The notes below the pieces were generated by a model, which did not search any database, was not told the DNA's origin, and saw nothing but the letters and a program-made list of their open reading frames with translations. A stretch of 64,000 bases of DNA, taken from NCBI GenBank assembly GCA_903912525.1, contig CAIWHK010000007.1, positions 22,563 through 86,562 on the forward strand, read 5' to 3'. Origin of the DNA: an uncultured bacterium (GTDB lineage Bacteria > Krumholzibacteriota > Krumholzibacteriia > LZORAL124-64-63). Both the position numbers and the translations under genes were made by a program. This document shows, in pieces, positions 18,866-29,377 of the stretch. Each line of letters starts with the position of its first letter. The first letter of the stretch is position 1.

Positions 18866-19645
18866 CTATTTCACCAGCACGCCCTTGGTCGAGACCTGCA
18901 GGCCCGGGGCCGTCACCGCGAAGATGTAGGTGCCCGCCGGCATCGCCCGGCCTTCCTCATCCCGCCCATCCCAGTCGACCGCCAGGGGACCTGCCGCAGC
19001 CGGGGCGTCGTACACGACCGCCACGCGGGCGCCGCGCGCGTCGTACACGGACACCGTGGCCCGCCCGGCTTCCGGCAGCACGCACTTGACCTCGGTGCGG
19101 GGGTTGAACGGATTCGGCCACACCGACAGCGAAGCGTCGCGCGTGGGCACGTCGCCCGTGCCGCTCGACAACGGCCCCACCTGCACCTTGCCGGGCGGCA
19201 GGGTGACGGTGCTGAACCAGCTGCCGTCGGTCGTCGCCAGGTAGACCTCGACGGCGGTGATCGCGCTCATGCCGTTGGCCAGCGCCTTGAAATTCCAGTA
19301 GAACAGTTCGCCGGGGCCGTGGACCGAGAGGCCCGCCCCCATCAGCACCGCGTACCCGTGCCACTGGCCGGCGACAGGCGCCTCAAAGCCCTGGAACGTG
19401 TAGACCCCGCTGCTTGTGTAGAGGGTGCCCGAACCGCCGCCCAGGGACTGGACGATGGTCGGGTCGTAGGTGACCGTCACGTCGATGGTGCGGATCTCCA
19501 CCGGCTGGTCGAGCCGGATCGACAGGCGGCAGTTCTCGCCGACGGAAAGCGTCGTATCGGCAGGATCGAACCGCAGGCTGACCTGGGCGAACGCCGTCGT
19601 CGCCAGGCACATGCCCACCAGCACAAGAAGGATCCGTCGCATCAT
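18866..19645 (-). CDS. Secreted protein with T9SS (Por) C-terminal sorting domain
   Basis: Signal peptide MMRRILLVLVGMCLATTAFAQ; C-terminus WPNPFNPRTEVKCVL...GTYIFAV is a T9SS CTD-like Ig fold. Confidence 0.65.
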   Translation of the reverse strand: MMRRILLVLVGMCLATTAFAQVSLRFDPADTTLSVGENCRLSIRLDQPVEIRTIDVTVTYDPTIVQSLGGGSGTLYTSSGVYTFQGFEAPVAGQWHGYAVLMGAGLSVHGPGELFYWNFKALANGMSAITAVEVYLATTDGSWFSTVTLPPGKVQVGPLSSGTGDVPTRDASLSVWPNPFNPRTEVKCVLPEAGRATVSVYDARGARVAVVYDAPAAAGPLAVDWDGRDEEGRAMPAGTYIFAVTAPGLQVSTKGVLVK

Positions 19646-19736
19646 TTCAGCCTCTTTCGCCAAATATCGGGGGCGTTTGGGGCGGGCCACCAAGGACGTC
19701 GTCCTCGGCCGACCCGCCCCACCGACTGCGAACAGT

Positions 19737-22700
19737 CTACTTCATCAACGTCATCTTCCGCACGTCGCTGTACGGACCAGCATCGACGCGGTAGAAGTAC
19801 GTGCCGGAAGCGACACTCTGGCCAGCATCGTCACGACCGGTCCACACGATCTCGTGCAGGCCAGCGCCACGCGTCTCGTCCAGCAGCGTCGCGACCTTGC
19901 GACCGTCCAGACCGTAGACCGTCAGCCGCACATGCTGCGTCTCGGGCAGCGAGAAGCTGATCTTGGTCATCGGGTTGAACGGGTTCGGGTAGTTGCCGTT
20001 CAGGGCGAACGCACGAGGCGTCGCCTGGCCGCCAGCCGCGCTGGTCAGCTTGACTTCCATCTTGCTGTTGTCGATGGCGCGAGCCGTGATCGTCAGGTCG
20101 CTGAGCTCGATGGCCTCACCAGCCGGGATCACGAACAGGTCGCCCGTACCGGTGAAGGTCGTGTTGACGCCCATCACCGCAACGTTGGCATCCAGCGTCT
20201 CGCCGATGTTCTGCACGAAGGTCAGCTCGGACTGCTCGTCGAGCAGGCCGCCGGCCACCAGCGCACCCACCGGCTTGTTCGCCGTCACGCGCACACCCTT
20301 GAGGCCCGCGCCGTCGACCAGACGCAGCGCCATGCTGCCGTCGTCGTAACGGACCCAGGCCAGGTCGACCGAGGTGCCCACGATCGCATCGGACTTCGCC
20401 GCCGTGACGACGCCGAAGTTCATGGCGAAGATCATCAGGTCCTCGAAGTTGATCTTGCTGTCGGTGTCCGGGATGCCGAGGCGGCTGAAGTTGTCAGTCG
20501 GACCGACGTCCACCGGGCTGGCCGCGGAATTCAGCGCCACCGAAGCGTTGCCGAAGTACGTGCCGAGCACGGTCATGTCATAGACGTTGACCAGGCCGTT
20601 GGGAACCAGGTTGCCCGCCGTGCCGTCCACATCGCCCAGCCAGTAGTTGGTCGCGCGCTTGATGGCCGCGGCCGGGCCGCTGGGGTTGTTGGCGGCGTCG
20701 ACGGCGAACACTTCGTAGTAGTACACGCCGCGGTTGGCGGCAGTGGCCCACGTGTCGGTGAAGGTCGTCGTGCCGGCAGGCACGGTACCGGCCAGCACCC
20801 ACGCCGGGCCGGCAGCGACCAGCGCACGGGTGGCCTGACGGGCCGGGATCACGTTGCCGACCAGGTCGTCGTACTCGGGGTAGGCCGAGACGCCGATCGT
20901 GCCGTTGGTCCACAGGCCGCGATAGACCTCGTAGTTAGCCACATCGACGCCGGTGTGGGTCCAGCCCACGGCGACCTTGTTGTGGCCCGGGGCCGCCGTA
21001 ATGGCGGTCACGGCCGCGGGAGCGGTGCAGTCGACCGCGATGGTCGCGCCCGACATCAGCGAGGGGATCGGGGCGTTGTTCGGGTCACGCAGCGAGAAGC
21101 TGTCGAACGAGATGTTCGCCGTGCCCGTGTTCGTCGCGACGTACTGGATCGTGAACAACGGGGTCGTGCCCACAGCAGTGATCGGCTGCGTCGGGCTGCC
21201 GACCGTCGTGCCCGAGATCATGTACGAGCCGTCGCCCTGGTTGAAGGTCAAGAACTGCGTGGTGCCGCCGAACGGCGCCAGGCTGCTGATCGTGCCCCAG
21301 TTGACCGGGCCGGTGGCCCGAACGACGGCGTTGAAGCCGAACACGTCCGGCATGCCGTCGGTCTTGGTCATGTTGACCGTCAGGGTCTGGGACTGGCTGC
21401 AGTTGATCGGGCCGCTGGTGGCCGGAGTCATGGCGACGACGGCGTTGCCGGACTCGAAGTTGACCTTCAGCGTCTGACCACTGTTGAGCTCGATGACCAG
21501 GCCGTCGAGCTGGCCGTTGAAGCCGGCTGCCCAGGCGGTGCCCACGGACAGGCCCATCATCAGGATGGTCTGGCTCGTGTAGGTCGGGTTGTTCGAAATG
21601 TCCGACAGGAAGCCGTCGGTGTAGCTACCGAAGTAGTTCGCCGGGGGCGACGAGTCGAAGAACCGCAGGCGGTTGTTGGCGCCGGCATCGGTCGTCCACT
21701 GGTTCCAGGCACCGGCGGTATCGACCAGGTTCTGCGAGAAGTAGGGCTCCGAGCCGATGCGGTTGCCGTACCAGCTGGAGTGGCCGCCCACGTACGGGTC
21801 GGTGTACATGTACAGGAACCAGTCCGACGCATCGGCCGTGTGCAGCGTACCCTTCTTGGTCAGGTAGCTGATGCGGTAGATCTCGCCGACGGTGACCGGG
21901 CGGCCGAAGACCACTTCCGGATCGAGCACGTAGCGCGTGTAGGCATTCGGGGCCTTGATCGAGCCGGTGCCGAAGCCGGCGGCGCCATCGCCGTCGACGC
22001 CGATGGCCGGGGTGCCTTCAAGGAAGAAGGGGCCGGTCGGCGTAGCGATCCGCGCCAAGACGCTGGTCGTGCGGCCGACCCAGGGCGTGAACAGGACGCC
22101 GTTCGACACCGGGGCGCCGGTGCCGGTCGGGTTCAGGACAGCGTTGGCCGGGCCACTGGCGTTGCCCCACGAGTTGTTGATGGCATTCAGCATCATACTG
22201 GTGGAGTTCAGCACGCCCTGGGCACTGCCGTTGAACGTGTTGCCGCTGAACGCAACATCGCTGAGGTCGAGCGCGCCGGGGCGCACCCGCACGCCGGCCG
22301 TGGCACAGCCGGTGAAGCTGTTGCCCGTACCGGTCAGCACGCCATCGAACCCGTCGTAGATGCTGATGCCGATTGATCCCAGATTGCTGAACGTGTTGCC
22401 CGAAACGACCAGATTGTTGTTCGCCGAGGCCACGATCATGCCCGACTGGTCATCGTACCAGTTCGGCCCGGTGATTGCGGTGTCAGTGAACAAGTTGTTG
22501 CTGATGGTCCCATGGACATTGTTCACATTCAGGGCCCAGCCCTGGTTGTCCCGGAAGACGTTATCGCGGATGTCCACGTGGTGCACGCCAGTGCCCCACA
22601 GTGCGATACCGTTCGAAACGATGCTGCCCGTGAACAGGTTGTCGAGCAGGTTGAAGTAGAGATCGCCCAACGTCCCGGTCAGGTACCAGTTGCCGTTGAC

Positions 22701-24113
22701 GCAATCCCTGGCGTTGGCGAACACGTTGTGCTCGAACGTCCAGGTGTTGCTGGCCTGGTTGATGAGTTCGACGAAGCGGTAGTTGTTATTGGTGCCCGTC
22801 AGGTCGAAATTCATGCCCTTGACGGCCACCGACATACCAGCCGCCGTACCCAGGATGGCATGGGTGTTGCCCAGGGGGGCCAGCACCGCGGGCGCCACCT
22901 GGCCGGCCGCGTTGGGGCTGAGAGCGGCGTTCGGACCCAGGATGGTCACGTTCTTGCCGATGGTCAGGCCCTCGTTGTAAGTACCGGCGGCCACCATGAC
23001 GATGTCGCCCGCCGCCGCGGTGCCGATTTCGGCCTGGATCGAAGTGCCGATCCGGCGGCAGTGGTTGAACACGTAGCTGCCCGAGGTGTAAGAGTACTCT
23101 CGCAGGTCCGCAGGCGGATTGGCGCCGGCAACCACCGCATGGTCGAACGTGTTGTTGGCGAAGTAGGAGCCCCAGTCGAACTGGCTGTTGTCATAGTCGC
23201 CGCGGGCGCGAATGTACTGCCCGTTGCCGCCGGAAAAGCTGTTACCGGTGATCACGGCACCGCCCACGCCGTAGACGAACCATTCCACACCGGTGCCGGA
23301 GCCATTGAAGCTGATGGCATTCCAAATTGCGCCGTCCATCTCGAAGCTGTTGTTCAGGACCTGACGCCCCGCGACCGGCCCGCTGAAGCCGCCGCCCGAG
23401 GCGATGTCGAGGCTGGTTCCGTAGGTGAACTGGTTGCCCAGCACGGTGTAGCTCTTCACCAACGAGGTGTCCGCAACAGCATCGTACCGGAAATCATTGA
23501 TGTAAAGACTGCCGCCATCGGTCAGGCGACAGTATTTGATGGTCGCCGCATCACCAATGACTTCGATCGTCTTGTTCACATTAATAGGATTCAGGAACAA
23601 GTTGAGACCGGAGACGGTCACATTCGATCCCTGGATGAACACGCCGCTGGCTCCGAAGCTGTTAGTGGCGTTGCACTGCACATTGGCAACGACGCCGGCG
23701 TAGCTCGTGATCGGCATCCCCGCCGCATCGACGCCCTGCACCGTCACGCCATCAGCGGCCAGGAACAGTCCGAAGGTGTACGGACCGACGCCATCGTACA
23801 GGTAGCTGTTGACAGCTGCCTCGATGTAGCTGCCCGGGAACACGTTGATGGTGCCGCCGGCGTTGATCGCCTGGACGGCGCCGTTGATGGTCGCGAAACG
23901 ATCCACGCCCCAACCGGTCGTGGCACTGGTGTAGCCGTCGTCCACCCAGGCGGTCGACACGCCCATGGGCGCTGCCTTGGCGGCCACCTGCGTGAATCCC
24001 TTGCCGTCGGGGATTCGCGAGAAGACGTTGCGATCGCCGGACTGATCCGCCGCCGCCCACGCGCTGCCGGCCAACAGGGCCAGCATCAGGAAGCTCAACA
24101 GGAATCTCTTCAT
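19737..24113 (-). CDS. Very large secreted right-handed beta-helix (pectate-lyase-like repeat) adhesin/enzyme-like protein with FN3-like domain and T9SS C-terminal domain
   Basis: Signal peptide MKRFLLSFLMLALLAGSAWA; many NxxF/NNxF parallel beta-helix repeats; FN3-like segment; C-terminus NGNYPNPFNPMTKISFSLP...GTYFYRV. Confidence 0.75.
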   Translation of the reverse strand: MKRFLLSFLMLALLAGSAWAAADQSGDRNVFSRIPDGKGFTQVAAKAAPMGVSTAWVDDGYTSATTGWGVDRFATINGAVQAINAGGTINVFPGSYIEAAVNSYLYDGVGPYTFGLFLAADGVTVQGVDAAGMPITSYAGVVANVQCNATNSFGASGVFIQGSNVTVSGLNLFLNPINVNKTIEVIGDAATIKYCRLTDGGSLYINDFRYDAVADTSLVKSYTVLGNQFTYGTSLDIASGGGFSGPVAGRQVLNNSFEMDGAIWNAISFNGSGTGVEWFVYGVGGAVITGNSFSGGNGQYIRARGDYDNSQFDWGSYFANNTFDHAVVAGANPPADLREYSYTSGSYVFNHCRRIGTSIQAEIGTAAAGDIVMVAAGTYNEGLTIGKNVTILGPNAALSPNAAGQVAPAVLAPLGNTHAILGTAAGMSVAVKGMNFDLTGTNNNYRFVELINQASNTWTFEHNVFANARDCVNGNWYLTGTLGDLYFNLLDNLFTGSIVSNGIALWGTGVHHVDIRDNVFRDNQGWALNVNNVHGTISNNLFTDTAITGPNWYDDQSGMIVASANNNLVVSGNTFSNLGSIGISIYDGFDGVLTGTGNSFTGCATAGVRVRPGALDLSDVAFSGNTFNGSAQGVLNSTSMMLNAINNSWGNASGPANAVLNPTGTGAPVSNGVLFTPWVGRTTSVLARIATPTGPFFLEGTPAIGVDGDGAAGFGTGSIKAPNAYTRYVLDPEVVFGRPVTVGEIYRISYLTKKGTLHTADASDWFLYMYTDPYVGGHSSWYGNRIGSEPYFSQNLVDTAGAWNQWTTDAGANNRLRFFDSSPPANYFGSYTDGFLSDISNNPTYTSQTILMMGLSVGTAWAAGFNGQLDGLVIELNSGQTLKVNFESGNAVVAMTPATSGPINCSQSQTLTVNMTKTDGMPDVFGFNAVVRATGPVNWGTISSLAPFGGTTQFLTFNQGDGSYMISGTTVGSPTQPITAVGTTPLFTIQYVATNTGTANISFDSFSLRDPNNAPIPSLMSGATIAVDCTAPAAVTAITAAPGHNKVAVGWTHTGVDVANYEVYRGLWTNGTIGVSAYPEYDDLVGNVIPARQATRALVAAGPAWVLAGTVPAGTTTFTDTWATAANRGVYYYEVFAVDAANNPSGPAAAIKRATNYWLGDVDGTAGNLVPNGLVNVYDMTVLGTYFGNASVALNSAASPVDVGPTDNFSRLGIPDTDSKINFEDLMIFAMNFGVVTAAKSDAIVGTSVDLAWVRYDDGSMALRLVDGAGLKGVRVTANKPVGALVAGGLLDEQSELTFVQNIGETLDANVAVMGVNTTFTGTGDLFVIPAGEAIELSDLTITARAIDNSKMEVKLTSAAGGQATPRAFALNGNYPNPFNPMTKISFSLPETQHVRLTVYGLDGRKVATLLDETRGAGLHEIVWTGRDDAGQSVASGTYFYRVDAGPYSDVRKMTLMK

Positions 24114-24257
24114 GGGTTCCCCCCCAATTGGGTAAAAAGGCACATCACGTTCTTCCCTGACCGATCGAGTCCGGCTGCGTCCATGCATGCCGGATCGCCG
24201 GCCAGGCGCCTGGGGGGTGAGTCCCGGGGCGCCCGACCGGCGCCGTGATCATCCGAA

Positions 24258-27176
24258 CTACTTCATCAACGTCATCTTCATGACCTGGCTGTACGGTCCC
24301 GCGTCGAGGCGGTACATGTACGAGCCCGATGCCACCGGCTGGCCGGCATCGTCGAGGCCCATCCAGGTCACTTCATGCGTGCCGGCGCTGCGGGGTTCGT
24401 CCAGCAGCGTCGCCACCTTGCGGCCGTCCAGGCTGAAGACCGCCAGCTTGACCTGCTGGTTGGCAGGCAGGCTGAAGCTGATCGTGGTCTTCGGGTTGAA
24501 CGGGTTGGGGTAATTGTTGTGCAGGCTGTAGACGCCCGGGATCTGCTCGCCGCCGGCGCGGTTCAGGCTGACCTCGAGGCGGCTGTTGTCGGTGCCGCGG
24601 GCGTCGATGACCACGCGGGTCGTCGACAGGTCGGCAGCGGAGGACACGATCAGCAGCGAGCCGGTGCCCGTGAACGAGCGGCCCGAGCCCAGCAGGGCCA
24701 GGTTCGCGTCGAGGCGGGTGCCGGGGTTGACCAGGAAGGCCTGGTTCTCGCCGGCGAGCAGGTCGCCCAACATGACGCCGCCGACCGCGAGGTCAGCCGA
24801 CACATGCAGGCCCTGCAGGCCGCTGCCGCCGGTCAGGTCGAGGGACCAGTTGCCGTCGCCCAGGTTGCGCCAGGCCAGGTAAACCGGGCCCGCCGCGCTG
24901 GACGTACTCTTCGCAGGAGAAACCTGGCCGAAGTTCAGCGCGAAGATCATGAGGTCTTCGAAGTCGATCACGCTGTCGGTGGTCGGGATGCCGAAGCCGC
25001 TCCAGTCGTCGGTCGGGCCCACGTCGACGACGTTGTCGTACGCCGGCATGCTCTCGTTGCGGCCGAAGGCGGCGCCCAGGCGGTTGACGTCGAACGACTC
25101 GACCAGGCCGTTGGGCACCGGGTGCAGGTTGTCCTCGCCCCAGACGTCGCCCAGCCAGTAGTTGGTCGCGCGGTCGTTGGCCGACGCGCGCGGGCTGGCG
25201 TTGGCGGCCGCGTCGATCGCGAACACCTCGTAGTAGTAGATGCCACGGCCGCCCATGAACGGGCCGTCATCGACGAAGCTCGTCGTGCCGACCGTCGTGG
25301 TGCCGGCCAGTTCCCACTCGCCGATGGTCGCCGCATCGGCGCGGTCGTCAGGACGCGTCGGGATGGTGCCCGGCAGGTCGTCGTACTCGGGGTACGCCGA
25401 CAGGCCCATCGCGCCGTACCACATCAGGCCGCGGTACACCTCGTAGGTGACGGTGTCGGCGCCGTTGTGGGTCCAGCTGACGTTGACCTTGTTGTGCGCC
25501 GGCGAGGCCGTGATGCCGGTGACCGCGGCGGGCGCGGTGCAGTCGACGGTGAAGCCGGTGCCGCTCAGGCCGGCGAAGATCGGCGCATTCGCCGGGTCGC
25601 GCAGCTTGTACGACACGAGGTCGAAGGCCACCGGGCCGTTGTCGACGGTCGCCAGCGAAACGGTGAACAGGTCGGCATCGGCCAGCAGGCCGGGCGTGGC
25701 GCCGAGGATGGCGTCGTTCACGGTCCAGGTGCCGTCCAGGTTCTGGATCGGATGGAAGTAGTGCAGGCCCAGGCCGCCCAGCGAGCCGGCGTCGGCGATG
25801 TTGCCGGCGCCGAAGCTGACCGCGCTGCCGGTCACGCGGAACGTGACCTCGTAGCCGCGCAGGCCCGGCGTCGCCGCACTGCGGTCGAAGCGGACGGTGA
25901 CGACCTTCGTGTTGCCGCAGGAGACGGGGTCCGGGCCGCTGACCGTCGCGCCGATCGCCACGTAGGACGTGGTCGCGGCCGCAGCCAGGGCGTCGGCGCA
26001 CTCGGCGCCGACTTCGGTCGTGTGCGAACCGTCGCTCCACAGCCAGCCGCCGCTGGCATCCTGCCAGTAGGACAGCCAGTAGGCGCCGTTGTGCACGGCA
26101 GCCTGCGTCGTCGCGCTGGCGGGCAGGTAGCGGGCGCAGGCGGTCACGGCATAGGCCGACGCCTGGAAGTCGCGGAAGTTGTAGGCGGGGTCGTTGCCGT
26201 ACTGGTCGCTGAAGGCGCCGTCGTCGTACTGGCAGTCCAGCAGCAGCGACTGCAGCAGCGGCATGTCGCTCGCGTGCACGTCGGCGGCGTCGAAGGCCTT
26301 GATCAGGCCGCTGACGCCCAGGCTGTACCAATAGTAACTCACGGTGTTCCAGTCCGGATCGAAGCCCTTGTTCACGCCGTTGGGCTGGAAGTAGCCGGGG
26401 CTGAGCGCGAAGCTGTCCTGCCAAAGCACCTCGGCCATGTCATCGGCCGCGACGTCGTAGCCCTGGCCGGGGAACGCCGCGTCCAGGCGCGCCGCCGCCT
26501 CGACGTAGTGCGAGATGTCCCAGGGGATGATGCCGTTGTCGTAGCCCTGGCCATGGCGCGCATCACGCAGGTACCGCGCGAAACCGGCAGCCGTATGGTC
26601 GCCGTAGTTGGCCAGGCGGTAATCCCAGATGGCCTTCGCCGCGGCGGTGTAGGTCGCGGGACCCACCACGCCCGGCAGCGCCGAGAAGTTGAGCAGGAAC
26701 GTGATGTCGCCCGCGTAGCGGATCGACGTCGGCCCGACGGCGACGATGTGGTCGGCCGTGTCCTTCATCAGCGTGAACAGCGCGGGGTCGTTGTTCAGGC
26801 GGTACACCTCGTACGCGCCGAGCACCGTCACGCCGTAGCAATTGAGGGCGCTGGCAGCGGCCGAGTGCGTGAACGACGACGTCGACCAGTCCCAGCCGGC
26901 ATCCTCGGGGTCGATGTCGGGACTGCCGTTGCCGGCATTGTCCTCGGTGACGTCGGCCTGCAGGTGGCGCAGGTAGTTGCCCGCAGACGCGGCCGCGACG
27001 GCGGGATCGAGCGGATCGCCCCACGCCTTGTCCAGCGACTTGATCGCGGAACCAGGCGCAGCTTCGCGCACGGTAGGCGCGACGCCTTCAGGGGACATGG
27101 CGGGGCCGGCAGCGTGTGCCGCGGCCGCGCATACGAGAAGCGAACAGAGCAGGAAGAATCTCATGCGAGAATTCAT
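24258..27176 (-). CDS. Secreted protein with T9SS C-terminal domain; C-terminal half is paralogous to the 19737-24113 protein
   Basis: Signal peptide MNSRMRFFLLCSLLVCAAAAHA; shares the CTAPAAVTGITA...YEVYRGL...YPEYDD and ATNYWLGDV segments with the neighbouring protein; C-terminus HNNYPNPFNPKTTISFSLP. Confidence 0.75.
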   Translation of the reverse strand: MNSRMRFFLLCSLLVCAAAAHAAGPAMSPEGVAPTVREAAPGSAIKSLDKAWGDPLDPAVAAASAGNYLRHLQADVTEDNAGNGSPDIDPEDAGWDWSTSSFTHSAAASALNCYGVTVLGAYEVYRLNNDPALFTLMKDTADHIVAVGPTSIRYAGDITFLLNFSALPGVVGPATYTAAAKAIWDYRLANYGDHTAAGFARYLRDARHGQGYDNGIIPWDISHYVEAAARLDAAFPGQGYDVAADDMAEVLWQDSFALSPGYFQPNGVNKGFDPDWNTVSYYWYSLGVSGLIKAFDAADVHASDMPLLQSLLLDCQYDDGAFSDQYGNDPAYNFRDFQASAYAVTACARYLPASATTQAAVHNGAYWLSYWQDASGGWLWSDGSHTTEVGAECADALAAAATTSYVAIGATVSGPDPVSCGNTKVVTVRFDRSAATPGLRGYEVTFRVTGSAVSFGAGNIADAGSLGGLGLHYFHPIQNLDGTWTVNDAILGATPGLLADADLFTVSLATVDNGPVAFDLVSYKLRDPANAPIFAGLSGTGFTVDCTAPAAVTGITASPAHNKVNVSWTHNGADTVTYEVYRGLMWYGAMGLSAYPEYDDLPGTIPTRPDDRADAATIGEWELAGTTTVGTTSFVDDGPFMGGRGIYYYEVFAIDAAANASPRASANDRATNYWLGDVWGEDNLHPVPNGLVESFDVNRLGAAFGRNESMPAYDNVVDVGPTDDWSGFGIPTTDSVIDFEDLMIFALNFGQVSPAKSTSSAAGPVYLAWRNLGDGNWSLDLTGGSGLQGLHVSADLAVGGVMLGDLLAGENQAFLVNPGTRLDANLALLGSGRSFTGTGSLLIVSSAADLSTTRVVIDARGTDNSRLEVSLNRAGGEQIPGVYSLHNNYPNPFNPKTTISFSLPANQQVKLAVFSLDGRKVATLLDEPRSAGTHEVTWMGLDDAGQPVASGSYMYRLDAGPYSQVMKMTLMK

Positions 27177-27654
27177 GGTGCTTTCCTCCGATGAACGTGA
27201 TTGCCGTCATCTGGAGTGCTGGGCGAAAGCACGCCGAGATCATAGCGAAACCGAATGAGTTGTTTTGCGTCTCCCCTGAGTTGATGCTAAGGGCATCATC
27301 ATCGATTGCTGGTCGCCCATGCGGTGCATTGGGCAGGCATCGAACGGGGTGCATGATGGCACGTTTGCAACATCCGAGTCAAGAGACTTGCAATATTCTC
27401 GCAGTTCTTTAGAGATACATGACTTTGAACGTCATTATTGTAAAGTACCATGGTGCAACGAACCGCATCGATTGTCTATTTTGTGCCTGTCGCGTGTGGG
27501 GGCTCCGGTGGAAAAGACGCGATACCTTGTGTCTTGATTGTATTTTGCACGTGTATGAAGCTTTTTTTTGCCGACGGGGGAGAATGTGTTAGGCTAGGGA
27601 ACGAGGCACGGCAGTGATGCACGTGCATGTGCTCCATCATGGGGGATATTCATC
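27177..27654. promoter_or_regulatory. AT-rich (about 45% GC) 480-bp divergent intergenic region, likely carrying promoters for both flanking secreted-protein genes
   Basis: Sharp GC drop relative to the 68% background; includes ttgcacgtgtatgaagcttttttttgcc; no convincing ORF. Confidence 0.4.
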
Positions 27655-28212
27655 ATGAATTCGACGACATCTCGATACAGGCGACGCGCATCGATTTTCG
27701 CCTGCCTGTGGGCCGCCTGTGTCCTGCTGGGCGCCGTGACGGCGCCGGCCGCAACCCTGACGCTGGTGCCACCCACCGGCGAATTCCACTGCGGCAACAC
27801 CTGGACCATCGACGTGGTGCTCGATGGCGCCACCGTCGACCTGCGGGGTTTCTCGCTTCTCATCGCCTACGACAACAGCATTATCTCACCATACAACGTC
27901 AGCGTCGGCAGCCTGGTCCTGGGCGCCACCTGCCCCAACTTCCTCAGCTGGGTCGTGCCGCCGTCGACGAGCACCCTCAAGGTCGATGTCGCCAACCTCG
28001 GCTGCTCGGTGAGCGGCCCCGGGACAATCCTCTCGATCGTCTTCGAGGGCGAATCCGCCGGCACCAGCAACATCAGCGTGCTCGAGGGCGAGATGCGCGA
28101 CGGCACGAACACCCCCATCGCGTTCACGAGCAACGTCGTGTCGGTGCACTACGACTGCGCCGTGCCGGTGGACGAGGCGAGCTGGGGCGCGTTGAAGGCG
28201 ATTTATCGTTGA
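27655..28212 (+). CDS. Secreted cohesin-domain-like protein
   Basis: Signal peptide; FSLLIAYDNSIISPYNVSVGSLV and TILSIVFEGESAGTSNISVL resemble conserved cohesin (PF00963) segments. Confidence 0.45.
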   Translation: MNSTTSRYRRRASIFACLWAACVLLGAVTAPAATLTLVPPTGEFHCGNTWTIDVVLDGATVDLRGFSLLIAYDNSIISPYNVSVGSLVLGATCPNFLSWVVPPSTSTLKVDVANLGCSVSGPGTILSIVFEGESAGTSNISVLEGEMRDGTNTPIAFTSNVVSVHYDCAVPVDEASWGALKAIYR

Positions 28213-28244
28213 GGCCGGACTGTCGTTGAGACCGGATTACGGGG

Positions 28245-28264
28245 GACTTGCGCCGGCGCAAGTC
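28245..28264. repeat. REP-like palindrome GACTTGCGCCGGCGCAAGTC (perfect; extended to 28 bp by GGGG/CCCC flanks)
   Basis: Between the cohesin-like and VOC genes. Confidence 0.85.
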
Positions 28265-28375
28265 CCCCTTGCCGTCCCCACCCGCCCATTCTTATCTAGT
28301 CCGCCTATAGGTCCCCCGCATGGACTTGCCCGGCCGCGTCGCCCCTCACCGCGATGCCGCGCCCAAGGAGACAGC

Positions 28376-29152
28376 ATGAGCAGCGCCCATCGCCCCGCGA
28401 CCCCGTTCATCTGGTACGAACTGATGACCAGCGACCACAAGGCCGCATTCCCGTTCTACAAGCAGGTCTTCGGATGGTCGATCTCGAAGTCGCCCCTGGC
28501 CAGCCATGAATACATGATCGCCAACGCGGGCCCGTACAACGCCGCCGGCATGATGACGATCCCTGCGGAAGCCCACGGCATGCCGCCGTGCTGGGCGATG
28601 TACCTGGGCGTGGCCGACGTCGAGGCCACGTGCACGCAGGTCGAAGCCGCGGGCGGCAGTGTGCTGCGCGCGCCGGACGACATCCCCGGCGTAGGACGGT
28701 TCGCGGTGCTGGCCGATCCCGACGGCGCGATGTTCATCGTGATGAAGCCGATCAGCAACGAACCGATGCCGGTGGTGCCCGAGAACACGCCGGGCGTCGT
28801 GGGCTGGCGCGAACTGCAGGCCGGCGACGGCGACCGCGCGCTGGCCTGGTACATCGAGCAATTTGGCTGGACGCAGGCCGGCGGCGTCGACATGGGCCCC
28901 AACGGCACCTACCACATGTTCGCCGCGGGCGGCACGCCCGTCGGCGGCATCATGACGAAGGTGCCCGAGGCGCCGATGGCGTTCTGGTCGTTCTACTTCA
29001 ACGTCGTCGGCCTCGACGCGGCGGTCGCGCGCGTGCGGGCGGGCGGTGGTGGCGTGATGATCGAAGCGCACGAGGTGCCGGGGCCGATGTGGATCGCGTA
29101 CGTTACGGATCCGCAGGGGGCGGTGTTTGGGATGGTGGCGCCGAAGCGGTAG
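28376..29152 (+). CDS. VOC-family (glyoxalase/bleomycin resistance, PhnB-like) two-domain protein
   Basis: AAGGAGA RBS before ATG; tandem VOC-like halves (IWYELMTSDHKAAFPFYKQVFGW and LAWYIEQFGW). Confidence 0.7.
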   Translation: MSSAHRPATPFIWYELMTSDHKAAFPFYKQVFGWSISKSPLASHEYMIANAGPYNAAGMMTIPAEAHGMPPCWAMYLGVADVEATCTQVEAAGGSVLRAPDDIPGVGRFAVLADPDGAMFIVMKPISNEPMPVVPENTPGVVGWRELQAGDGDRALAWYIEQFGWTQAGGVDMGPNGTYHMFAAGGTPVGGIMTKVPEAPMAFWSFYFNVVGLDAAVARVRAGGGGVMIEAHEVPGPMWIAYVTDPQGAVFGMVAPKR

Positions 29153-29181
29153 GGGGCGGCGGCACAGAGAGATCGAGAGGG

Positions 29182-29201
29182 GGACTTGCGCCGGCGCAAG
29201 T
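29182..29201. repeat. REP-like palindrome GACTTGCGCCGGCGCAAGTC (perfect)
   Basis: 30 bp after the VOC stop; first of a tandem pair. Confidence 0.85.
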
Positions 29202-29251
29202 CCCCTTTGCCGTTCTCAGGCGGAGAGAAGGATGCCTGGCCGCTACACCCC

Positions 29252-29271
29252 GGACTTGCACCGGCGCAAGT
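29252..29271. repeat. REP-like palindrome GACTTGCACCGGCGCAAGTC (1 mismatch)
   Basis: Second of the pair, 50 bp downstream. Confidence 0.8.
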
Positions 29272-29377
29272 CCGCCGCGCGGCGAATCGCAGTTTGCTCC
29301 CGGGGCACAAAATCGGTGTATTGTATTTTTCGTTTTTTATCTGTTACAATATATCAGCAAAGGAGCGTACACTGCAT

